A DNA stretch of 64,000 nt from Podarcis muralis (Eukaryota), in NCBI RefSeq assembly GCF_964188315.1, contig NC_135669.1, positions 41,850,001 to 41,914,000 on the forward strand, read 5' to 3'. Of the stretch, positions 1-26,227 are shown piece by piece. The position numbers were made by a program, and so were the translations under genes. Under the pieces are notes generated by a model. That model had not been told where the DNA came from, searched no databases, and saw only the letters and a list, made by a program, of their open reading frames with translations. Every line of letters starts with the position of its first letter. The first letter of the stretch is position 1.

Positions 1-27
1 GGTCCCTTTACCTTTATTGACTAAGAA

Positions 28-977
28 CAGGGGTCAGCAAACTTTTTCAGCAGGGGGCTGGTCCACTGTCCCTCAGACCTTGTGGGGGGCCGGACTGTAT
101 TTTGGAAAAATATATGTGAATGAATTCCTATGCCCTGGTGTAAACAAAAAATTGCCCTTTTCCCTTATGGCGTATCCAAGAGTCCATATAGAGTCCTTAC
201 GTAGGTTCCCTATTGGTAGGAGAAAATAACAGAGGCCAACCAGAGAATATTGAGAAGCAAAGCAGCTAGTAAGCTTGATCTTTATTGATCTGTTTCAACA
301 GGGTGCTCCCCTCACCTGCAAGAGAGGAGGAGGGACCCAGAAAAATTGTGTGCAAGGCCTTATAAAGACTTTTGAAATTGCCACCCTGTAGATCAAGACC
401 ACCCCCAGAAACATCATACATACATCACAGAAGGGGTGTAACCTAAGACCACCCCTCAGATACATCACACCTAAATCACAGAAAAGGCAGTCTAAACCGA
501 AATTTGAATGTTGTTTTTCTCCTGTCCTTGTTTATCTCCTGTCTGGCAGGTTACTTGATTGGATTGCCTGGGGAGCCTGGCCAATCTTTTGTAGTGATAA
601 ATACTTAGTTCCTGGGGCATTTCACAGGCTCACACCCTATTCATATCTTAAATGTGCCCTTAATTTGTGAAGGAAAAAACAATGGGAGGTGTCCCACTTT
701 GACCTTGCAGAGAAAACATTTGCTTAGTTTAGGAATCAAAATGGTTCCAGGTCGGTCTTCCTGTGCTGATCTATGTACGTGCGGTTATGAACATTACCAT
801 ATATCTAAGACCATAAAATTCCTATCACAGCCCCACAAATAACCCAGAGATGCATTTTAAATAAAAGCACACGTTCTACTCATGTAAAAACAAGCTGATT
901 CCCGGACCGTCCGTGGGCCGGATTTAGAAGGCGATTGGGCCAGATCCGGCCCCCGGGCCTTAGTTTACCTACCCATA
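28..977. mobile_element. Non-autonomous hAT-type DNA transposon, split by an LTR
   Basis: Terminus caggggtcagcaaact with a decayed right TIR; 8-bp TSD actaagaa/attaagaa; uninterrupted sister copy at 60983-61231. Confidence 0.75.
136..829 (-). mobile_element. Solo LTR (ERV/LTR retroelement), 694 bp
   Basis: TG...CA ends and 4-bp TSD GCCC (132-135, 830-833); the empty site is seen in the sister hAT copy. AATAAA and a TATA-like motif on - strand; internal 23-bp direct repeat. Confidence 0.8.
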
Positions 978-1738
978 ATTAAGAAGCACATGTTCATGGT
1001 TCGAAGCCTTTGTCATTAGTGGTGTTTGTAGCAGAGGTTTAAATTTTGATGCTAGCATGACAGGAAAACCCTGGAAAGCCCACTGAAATCTTGCAAAAGG
1101 CAAGCAAAGAAGGGGAAAATGCAATCTTATTTATCCGATCTCTCCCCCTTGCTCCATCCTGCCGTGGTTTCTGGTGAAATGGCTGCCATGGACCAACAAA
1201 ACACAAAAAATAAGGCACTATATATGCAGGCTGTTTGGATATCTGAACCTGCAGTGTGTTTGGGTACTGATTTGGATAAGTGAATTTTTGTACAGCGAGT
1301 GTTTGGATAGCAAGACCTGTGCCTATCGTTCAGTCCTCCCGAAGCATAGAGTTTTATATTACAGCATTCCCTTTTCTAGGCTACACTCTATGACCTCTGG
1401 CACAGCAGGCAGCCTTTCCACTCCCCATTGCCTTCTAATCCACATTTTGCAAGATCTGTAGGTGGTTTTGAGATCCAAATCGAACTTGACAGCGTACCCG
1501 CCTTCGCCTTCCTCCTCAACAGTTTTAAATATTAACTCAGGCCATTTCCACCCTAGCCCTAAGAAGGGAGATATCACAACCAACTCCTTTTCAGAGATTA
1601 GAAGAACAGCAGTTATAAAGGATCGGAGTAGGATCAGGAAGGCTGTGAAGCTCAGTGGGCGGCCCTGGGCCCTTTCTGAAATATGGCAACCCTGGGGGAT
1701 AGAGGATGAATGGGGAACTTAAGGCCCAAGGCCAAGTA

Positions 1739-1920
1739 CAGTGGTACCTCAGGTTAAGCACTTAACCTGAAACTGTTCTTAACCTGAAGCACCACTTTAG
1801 CTAATGGCGCCTCCTGCACAATTTCTGTTCTCATCCTGAAGCAAAGTTCTTAACCCGAGGTAATATTTCTGGGTTAGCGGAGTCTGTAACCTCAAGTGTC
1901 TGTAACCCGAGGTACCACTG
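1739..1920. mobile_element. Tc1/mariner (Tigger/pogo-like) MITE, family A
   Basis: TIR cagtggtacctc...gaggtaccactg, TA TSD. Confidence 0.85.
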
Positions 1921-3183
1921 TACAGTACAGCCTTCCGGATGCTCCTTAGGCCACGCCCCCTTTTCCGTAGGCCACGCCCCCACCAGCCACGTTTCATACC
2001 CTCCTCTGGCGTTTTTGCCCGACTGGGATTTGTCGCTAAAAGGTGCTTACGGTATGTCTCTTTCTTGCCTGCATGGAGAATGGACGATGGAGAGGTCTGT
2101 GCGTAGAGAACTTTGCTTTGCTGAAATGCAGTCACATCCAACACCCCACCCCCTTTTGCCCCTAGCCCCACCCGCCATTGTCCTGGCCCGCCCCCGCCAA
2201 CATGAGGGAATGCGGCCCTCGGGCTGGAAAAAGCTCCCCTTTCCTGTATTTTTCTTTTCTTTTAAGTACATCCTAGCCATCCTTGTTTTAAAAAACGAAA
2301 CTAAAACACGCCAGGTTAGAGGAAGGGGTGGATTCATTTAAAAATAAACGAAATAAGCCTACAAACCTGTTTGCCCAACACCAGAGGCGCCTCTTCCTTA
2401 TTATGCACCAAATAACACTGCGATCTATCCCAACGCCCACCCGGTACACCCCCCTTTCCCGGAAACCATCCAGCGGGGGAAATGGAACGGAGTCTTCGCG
2501 ACAGGGGTGGAACGCTCGGAAGTCTCGGCGGCCGCAGCCCACGCGGTTCGGAGCGCGCCGTCAACGTTCCGTGAACTCTACGGCCCCGCCCACGCCTGGG
2601 GAGCGGAGCAACTTCTTCAAAGCTCCGTGGAACGTTGGAACGTTTCGCGCGGCGGGGTTTGGAACGTTGAGGCCGCCGAGCGTTCCATCGCGCGGAACGT
2701 TCAGGCAGCCAGCGTTCCATCGCGCGGAACGTTCAGGCTGCCGGCGTTCCATCAGTCCGGGGCAGCGGCAACCGATCTTGCAAAGGGTTCAGCCCCGAGG
2801 GGGCGGGAGATTTATTTAATTTATTTATTTCGAGGGGACGGACGACACAGGATCCTCCTCCTCCTCCCTCTCGACTTCCCTGCACCCCACATTGACGCTC
2901 CTACCGGCTCAGGGGGAGGGAAGGGCCGGCCGCTGCAGAAGGCGGCCCACCGCCCGCCCCTTCCATCACTCTCTCACTATCTCTCCCGCCCGACGACGAC
3001 GACGGCGGCGGCAGCTCCACCTTCTCTTTCGCCGCCGCCGCCGCCGCCGGGCCTGCTGTTGACAAACACGGCGTTCGAGGCGGGCGTCCCGTTGGCGAGC
3101 GCCTCTTCTGTCTCCGGAGCAGATCCCCGGAGCGCCTGGGCGGCCGGCAGGCGGGGAAAGGCTCGCGGGGAGCCGGGGAAGGG

Positions 3184-18288
<15,105 letters not shown>

Positions 18289-19300
18289 TGGCGGCCTGAG
18301 ACCTGCTCCCTGTCGGCTGGGTCCTGCCCGCCCCGACTTTCTGCGCCAGCCTCTGGGGAGAGACCTCTCAGTCGGGACGCCGTGGGCTTTGCCCAGGAGT
18401 GACAGGCGACGCTACCTCTGCAGGTGGCCCCTGGGTGAAATCCGGTTGCCATACGGTGCCAACAAGGCCGGGTTGCTTTTTGTTTTGATCTGTTCTGAGG
18501 AGTCTACTGCCGGAAGAGTGCTGCTGGATCCGGCCACCCACAAACCTCGCCCAGCACCCTGTTCTCACATTGGCACCCGCCAAGGTGCTCAAAATAGGCC
18601 GGGACTCCTGGAAGCTGCAGGATGGGGGCGGCGTGCCAGGATCCGGCGCCCTGCCAGCGCTGGCCTCTCTTGGGACAAAAGGGTGGGCAGAGAGGGGGCA
18701 CTGGGTAGGCCGTCTGTAGGTTCCTCGGTGGCTTCTGTAAAATGGAGGGTTTATTGCTTCCCAAGTCATGCTCTGAATAGGAGCAAGAAAACGACCCCCC
18801 CCCATTATACTGCTGAAGTGAAGAAGGCTGGGGGGGGGGGCAGATAACCCAGAGTACATTTTCCGCAGGGGAGGACTGTGAACTGTTTCGCCCCAGGATT
18901 CGAATCGTGGGCTTGGGATTCGAATGATTGGGAAAATCAAGCTATCTTCCCACCCACTCCCCAAGCTGTAAAAATGGGGTGGAGGGTATGGATTCTATGC
19001 TGGGGAAGAAAATAGGGCATTGGGCAGTCTGGTCATCATATTCGGGGGGCGGGGGTGGGAATGACCAGGCAGCTGGAGGTCTCGGGGCCAAATCAAATGT
19101 GTTGGTGTTTCTTTGCCCTGCCTGTAAGATGAGTATTTTTGTCAAGACCCTGCAGGGGTCGGCCTAAAATCTCCGCACCAGCAACGCCAGCGTCACACAG
19201 GGGTAAAGCTTCCCCACGCAATTCGCACCCGGCTCCCCGTTGACGGTGGCCCTGTGTTTGGAACACAAGAAGTCTGCCGCAGGTGGAGCTTGGGTCTAAC

Positions 19301-19449
19301 CCAGGTCTAGTTCGGCTGGTAGAGCACGAGACTCTTAATCTCAGAGTCGGGGGTTCAAGCCCTGCCCCACCTTGGGCAAAAAAATCGTGCATTGCACGGG
19401 GTTCGACTAGATGACCCTTGTTGTCCCTTCCAGATCGACAATTCTATGA
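19301..19449 (+). mobile_element. tRNA-Lys(CTT)-derived SINE with CR1-type tail
   Basis: ggtagagcacgagactcttaatctcag..g.ggttcaagcc head, then ctagatgaccctt..gtcccttcca..attctatga; second copy at about 56920-57025. Confidence 0.7.
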
Positions 19450-20056
19450 AAAGCCGTGGCCTGCCAGATGGGGCTGGACTACAACTCCCATCATTCCCCT
19501 GGCCATTGACCACGATGGCTTCTGAGATTTTGAGTCCAGCAGCGTTTGATTCCCCCATCACTGGTGCAATCCATTTTCTTACAGGGGTGTTTCCCCCCCC
19601 CCCAATCACTTCTTGTGCCCATTTTCTTTCTGGTCAAGCTGGTCTTTTTTCTACCTCCTTGTTTATGCCTGATCTTTCCGGAACGCCTTTGCAAGTACCA
19701 CGTTGGAGCCGCCTTTGGATTGATGCGGCTACAACTTCTCCTTAACAAACCGGCGTCTCCTCTGAGGTTGTGGTGCTCTCCAGAGGTTCCCAAACTTCAT
19801 CAGAAGCGCCTTTCACTTCGTCAGAAGTGGCTTTTTACTGCCTCCGACACTGTTGGGACACCACAGCCAGCCTGCCTAGCTGCCAGCGATAAGCTTCATC
19901 CTCCACAACTGTGCCTCATCCTCTTTTAAAAACAACCAAGATGGCAGCCCTCACGACAACTTAGGGGAGCAAATTCCGTATCGGCGCTGGACGAAGTTTT
20001 CCCCGCTCCGTTTCCCAGCTCTCAGCTTCATTAGATGTCCCCATTGGATTCTAGTG

Positions 20057-20265
20057 CAGTGGTACCTCAGGTTAAGTACTTAATTTGTTCCGGAGGTCCG
20101 TTCTTAACCTGAGGCACCACTTTAGCTAATGGGGCCTCCTGCTGCTGCTGCGCTGCCGGAACAAGATTTCTATTCTTATCCTGAAGCAAAGTTCTTAACC
20201 TGAAGCACTATTTCTGGGTTAGCGGAGTGTATAACCTGAAGCGTATGTAACCCCAGGTACCACTG
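20057..20265. mobile_element. Tc1/mariner MITE family A
   Basis: TIRs; shares its TA with the next element. Confidence 0.85.
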
Positions 20266-20267
20266 TA

Positions 20268-20498
20268 CAGTGGTTTACCTCGGTTGTCGAACGTAATCCA
20301 TTCCGGAAGACCGTTCGACTTCTGAAATGTTTGACAACCGAGGCGCAAAGGGCGGTCTGCAACATCAATGGGGGGGGGGGGCCCTCACTGGAAGCCATTC
20401 GATTTCCAGAAAGCATTCGAAAACGGAAACAATTCTGGGTTTTTGGCGAAAACCACAATGTTCGGCTTCCAGGATGCTTGAAAACCGAGGTACCACTG
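20268..20498. mobile_element. Tc1/mariner MITE (related family)
   Basis: cagtggtttacctcgg...ccgaggtaccactg TA. Confidence 0.8.
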
Positions 20499-21500
20499 TA
20501 TTTGGGAGGTTTTCTTCCTCATATCCACTGTTCTCCACGCTGTGCATTGTGGAGAACAGAAGATGGGGAGGTTATCTTCTCTACCTCATATAACCCTCCT
20601 TTTTTACTTCCTAAACTAAACCCTCACCCCCCAAATGCTGTCGCTTTTCCTCGCTGTGGAGTCACTCGGAAACCTCAAATCTCTTCCCACAGTCCTTTTC
20701 AGGGATGATGGGAACTATTGTCTGATGACAGCCGCCAAGTTGCCCACCCCTGCCAAAAGCTCTGACCATGCCTATACGTCCCAGACTTTCCTTTATTGAT
20801 ATTATTTTCCTTGAGACCAATAAGGTGCCTTGTGTACAACAGGACGGGGAACAGCCCTCAAATGTCTCTGAAATTGCACAAATCCCAGGAGATATTTTCC
20901 TTTCCCCTCAGCCAACTCTCTGGTTTACAATATCTGCTCCAATATACCTGAATGTCATTTTTATTTGAAAGATCATATGCCAGGGATATGAGAGAGGCAA
21001 ACTCCATCCCTGTTCTACAATATTTAAATGCTGTCTTTTGACTTCCAAACGATGCTACGAGACGTGGCTAGACGTGCCAAACATCTTAAAAATGCCTTTT
21101 GAAGTCGCCCGGTGGAATCGGCAGCAGGGAGGCCGACAGACGCATATTTCCCTCCCTGGGGACCTTCGACGTTATATTGCAAAACGAGAAAGGAATGTAC
21201 TGTAAATAAGTATTCACTGTGTCCCTCAAAACCAGAGGATTCTACGGGTTTTGGGTTCTCCAAAAGATCACAGACAAGTGCCTAGGAGATGCCCAAAACA
21301 TTATAACCACTTGCAGCGTTTACACACTACTCTTTGGGGGACGGCGTCAAGTCTCCTCTCACTGTGACACAACCCTGCCAAAATGGGTGAGGAAGGAAAA
21401 AAAGAGAGACTCCATATTGAATGGTTTTATGTCACTGGATTCACTGTTTTCTCCTGCAAGACTACAGGCCTGGTATATATATATATTTGAAAGCAGACAA

Positions 21501-21506
21501 ATAAAA
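21501..21506 (+). terminator. Candidate polyadenylation signal of TLCD3A
   Basis: AATAAA followed by a U/GU-rich stretch, downstream of the TLCD3A stop. Confidence 0.4.
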
Positions 21507-22914
21507 GATAACCTGTTGAGAAATTTGAATTGTTGACTCTTGTTCAGGGCTCGAAATAATCCTGGCGCATTTTGTGACCAAGTGAAGACACCTGGGGGCC
21601 AGGATGGTGCCTGATGTCTCCACAACTTGGAGATGCATGCCTGGGGATCACGGGATCTTGACCATGGGTAGGCAAACTAAGGCCTACTTTTTGAACCATG
21701 AAACTCTGCCGGTTAAGGATTTAGTAAAACACTAAAATCAAGTGTAACGGACAACTGATTAAAAAGCTAAAAGCAGAACTAGGTAGGCGAAAGACAAGCC
21801 TTAAAGATCTGGCCCAACTAAAAGACTGCAAATACAAGGAGCCCTTCAAATTTAGTGCCCAGGCGCCACAGGTTGGCATTTTCTCTTTGACCACTTTTTG
21901 TGGCAATGCTTTGATTCAGTGCTGCCTCAACTTTTGCAAAGAATGCCTGGACAACTCATCTTGCAGAAGCTTTAGCCGTTAAATGATGTGGTGCAGAGGG
22001 GAATATTGGGTGCCTAACCATTTTAGGATAATCATTATTTTGCTATTACAGGAGAGACCACCAACAGGTGACTGCGTTCTGCCAGGAGGTTTTTCCTCCA
22101 AGCCCCAGAAATAGTAGCTGACTCCGCAAAAACTCTCAGCAGGATTTGCAGTGAGTTACAGAACAGATAAATTAATGGGCCCAAGTCGAGCCACGTCCAT
22201 TAATTTCAGCGGGTCTGCTCTGCACATGGTTAATGTTGCATACTAGCCAGAGATTTTAAAACCCTTAGCTCTTTCAGTGTTAAATCTATAAAATCACCTT
22301 GAGACCTATGTAAAAGGCGATTGATAAATGAACTGGTAACGACAAGCTGCATCCAACATTCGTCCTACTCTGAGTAAACCCACTGAAATTAAAGGATGTG
22401 ACTAGCTTAAGTGCTTCAGTTTCAGGAATCTGAGTTGAATTTAGTAGGAGATATACTCCAATAACCACAAAATAACAACAAACAGGGATTGCCAAAATGC
22501 TTATATCCCATCTCGACCACAGAGGTCATCTGAAGGAGTGTTGTGGGTCATCCCCCAAGTCGGCGAGTCTCATTTGACAACGGCAGCTTTCAGTGCCATG
22601 GGCCCAGTCCTGTGGAACTCTCTGCCACTGGAGACTCAGCAGCGACCTTCTCTGCCAACTTTTAAGCACCTGCTGAATTTTTTTCAAATTCCACTAGGAC
22701 TATGGAGGTAATTAAGAGTGCACCCTTCCACAATGGTTTGCTGCTGCTCGTTTTCAAGCTTTTTTTGTGCTTTTACAATACACGTTTTACGTTTTCCTTG
22801 CTGTAAACCACTTGGATATGTATATTTATGCATATGGCAGCATACAACTTTCCCCACAAATAAATACCGATTAGCCGGTTGCGAAAACCATCAACAAGGA
22901 AAGTGATAAAAAGG

Positions 22915-22920
22915 TTTATT
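22915..22920 (-). terminator. Candidate polyadenylation signal of GEMIN4
   Basis: tttatt on + strand (AATAAA on -), about 140 nt past the stop. Confidence 0.55.
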
Positions 22921-23060
22921 ATAGAGGTTCCCAATCTCCCACCCTGCTCCTTTGGGGCGAGACGCCTGCAGAACAAACCGGGGTCCTGAGGTCCAGAAGG
23001 CACCTTCAACTCCGTACGGACCGCGCGACCTGCTTCCCAGTTCTCGAACCGCGGCCGGCT

Positions 23061-26000
23061 TCACAGCTTCCGAAGCTTTTGCAGGAGCATCGTTCGCAGC
23101 TCCTTGTTGGTGACGTTCTCCGCGATGGACTCCAGGAAGTGCCTCTCGTTGGCCTTCCTCAGGGCGCTGCCGAGGGCCTCGTCGGCGTCGTAGAGCATCT
23201 CGTACTGCGAGAGGATCTCCAGGGAGAGGAGGAGGAGGGGCTCGCTTGTGCCGTCGTCCGGCAGCATGGCGGCCACGTGGAGGGCGTGGCAGAAGATCTG
23301 GACGTAGACGAAGGACAGCTCTCGCGTCACGTTGCTCTTCTCCTGGGCCGGCTGCCACTGATTCCGGGCAATGTCCTTGACCGAACCCAGCAGATCGGAC
23401 ACGGCCAGGCAGTACAGCCGGGCCACGTGCCTCCACGCCTCCGCCGGCAGCCAGGTGGAGCCGCTGGCGCCGCAGAGGAACTGGAAGGCCCTCAGGAGAA
23501 GAACCGAGAACTGGAGATGGTAGGCAAACGGGCGGAAGTTCAGCAAGGGCAGGAACTGGACGTACTCCAGCGAATAAGGCACGTACATCACTTCCTGGTC
23601 TAAGAGGCTCTGAACCACGCCAACCAGCCTCCGCCACTCGCTGTGGCTGCACCAGGGGAAGACCTGGACCAGGGCCACCAGGAAGCCTTTGCTGAAGAGG
23701 TTGACCTCCTCGGGGTTGTCCACGTTGACCGTGAGCAGCGCCAGCATCTCCTCCCGCAAGGCGGCAGAGACGCAGCAGCACTCCATCCACGCCAGCAGGC
23801 CGCTGCCCGCGCCGTAGTTCGGGAGCGGACAGGACGTCCACTCGCCCTCCGGGAGCTTGCAGACCTCAAAGAGCGTGGCCGGGACCTCGTTCTTGAAGTG
23901 CTCCCCGTAGATGCTCTTCAGGCGGAGGCCGACGGTCCAGTCCAAGGCTGCCACCTTCTTATGCAACCAAGCCACCGACTGCGCCCACAGCTCGGGTGAC
24001 AGGGAGTCCTTCTGCGCCAAGAGGGCGTCGCAGAGCTGAGCTAGGTTGGCGGCCACCAAGTCCTTGGCTTCCAAGGAGAGGCAGTGCTGGTCTTGCGGCT
24101 CGTGCCAGTACTGGGCAAAGCCGTCGAGGAGCTTGCAGAGGCAGAAGAGGAGAGGGAAAGGGTGGCAGCTGTGGAGCCAGCTGCCCTCCTCGGCGGGCAG
24201 CGGCACTTTCAGGACTTTGTTGAGGATCTGCAAGCACAGCTCGACGCAAGGGGAGCCCGCCTTCAGGAAAGGGAGGACGAGGGCCTGGGTCACCTCTGCC
24301 GGAGAGAGGAGAGGCCTTGCTCCGCTCGGCTGCATGAGATAAACCAAGAACTCCAGGAACTGCTCCTTCTCCTTGGGCGACGAGAGGCGGTCCCAGACGG
24401 CTTCTTTCAGGCACCCCAGCAGCAGGCTGACGGGCGCTCCCTCCGAGTCCAGAGTCTCCCGGAAGCTCAGAGCCGGGAAGGAACACAGGATCTCCGCCAA
24501 GAACTGGTGCGTCCCCAGATTGGCCACGGCTAAGTTGCTCATTTTCTTGATGGTGGCCTCCGGGTTGAGGACGACCAGCCGGGACACGGAAGCCACGGCC
24601 TTCTTCAAGCCTTCTCCGGAGGCGCTCTGGATGATCTGGTTGAAGGCCACGTTGAGGTCCTCCTGGAACCCCTCAGAGAAAGCCGGAGACACCTTAGAGA
24701 GGCCCCGCCTGCCCCAAGCAGCCAAAACGCCCCAAATCACTTTGTTCTTATCGGGCAAGGGGAGGTCCATGTAGCACTCCAGCAGGACCCTCGCCACCGT
24801 GGCTTGCTGCTCCTGCTTCCCGGAGGAGTCGGCAGACGCCAACGTCTCCAGCAATTTCGAGACCAGCTCTGGTTCCCGGAACAGGTCTTTGTTCCGAACG
24901 AGGCAAGCGACCCACTCGTCTGTGAACGCCCAGCTTTTCTCCGAAGCAAAAAGGGAGCACATCTCTTGGTGCCTGTCCATCTTCTTCTCGATGACCACCA
25001 TGGCCACCGATGGCAGGAGGTCGCCACCGGCGCTCTTGCCCCACAACTCAGGGCTCACTTTCTTCAAGAAGCCTGCGATGAGGTCACCCAGCGCCGACAT
25101 CTCCTGCGCAGCATCTCTGTTGTGGTCTTCCTGTTTGGAGCAGTCCGCCAGCTTCTTCTTGAGAGAAGCCAGGGCCTCCAGGAGCCGGTAGCTCTCGTAG
25201 CAGATCTGCTGTGGGTCGTTGAGCAGCTCCTGCAGAGCGGGGGACCACTCCTCCAGCAAGGCCCGGAGGAAGCCCACATCGACGGGCAGCGCTTCGCCCG
25301 GTGGCCTCGTGGCGTTCAGCAAGCTGATGCTCCTCTCCGCCTCTTTCACCTGCTCACTCAGTTCCTGCTTGCTGTAGCGACCATCGCAGTCGCTGCTCCA
25401 GAGTGTTACCACGGAGGAGATCTTCTCCAAATAAGCCTGGACCGGCAGCGAGTCCGCCTCGCGCTGCGCCGCGAGCGACACGGACAGCACGTCTGCCAGG
25501 TTGGCGAGAGCGTGGCATTTCATCCTGGCTGGGTTGACGTTCTCCTTGATGAGCTTCAACCCTTCGGTCAAGACCGGGAGGACGCCAGCGGCCACGGAGG
25601 AACCTAGCAAAGAGGGGGCGTCGCTCTTGAATCTCTTTGGGGGCTGCCCCACCTCGTCAGGCTCCGAGAGATATTGGTGGGACACCGAGCGGAAGAGGAG
25701 CATCAGCCTGTCCTCCTGTCCCTCCTGATGCTTCAGGATTTCCCACCAGACGTCCAAGAAGAACGAGACGTCGGCCGGGGAAGTCTCGTTGGCCACGTAC
25801 CCCACAAAGGCCTCCAGCTCCTTCCGGCAGACGTGTTCCGGCAACACCAGCAGCAGCTGGGCGAACAGCCGTGGGGCGTTGATAGCCTTGAAGAGCTCAA
25901 AGAGGACAGTGTGGTTGATCTCCGGGATCATGTTGCTGGCAGAGAAGAAGACATCTTCCTTCCACCTCTGGTTGGCGGAGACTGAGGGCGACGAGAGGAG

Positions 26001-26227
26001 AATCTTGGACCAGAGGACCACGGCGGCTTTCCGCTTCCAGGCACCGGGCTCGGGCGGGTATGACGAATGGGACGTGCAGATCTCTTCCAGGGCGTCGATG
26101 ATGGGCTTCCCCACTTGGGGCCAGTCAGACTTGGCCAACTCCGACAGTGGTTTGGGGTGGCAGATGCTGGAAGCCAGCAGGAACCCCCCGTGCAACACAC
26201 TCAGTTCTCCGCAGATGGTCACCGGCC
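23061..26227 (-). CDS. GEMIN4: GEMIN4 exon 2 (3167 nt)
   Basis: Part of the 1082-codon ORF 23061..26309 downstream of the cag acceptor at 26228-26230. Confidence 0.96.

Noticed and set aside
19301-19380. tRNA-Lys(CTT)-like sequence
   Set aside because: Mismatched acceptor and T stems, an insertion, and a CR1-type tail show it is a SINE head, not a tRNA gene.
21727-21984. About 85-codon stop-free + frame (NTKIKCNGQLIKKLKAELGRRK...)
   Set aside because: No ATG, no convincing splice sites and no recognisable homology; within chance expectation.
22050-22072. 16-nt exon-like pattern ttacag|GAGAGACCACCAACAG|gtgact
   Set aside because: Lies between two convergent 3' ends with no + strand gene to join, and is frame-shifting.
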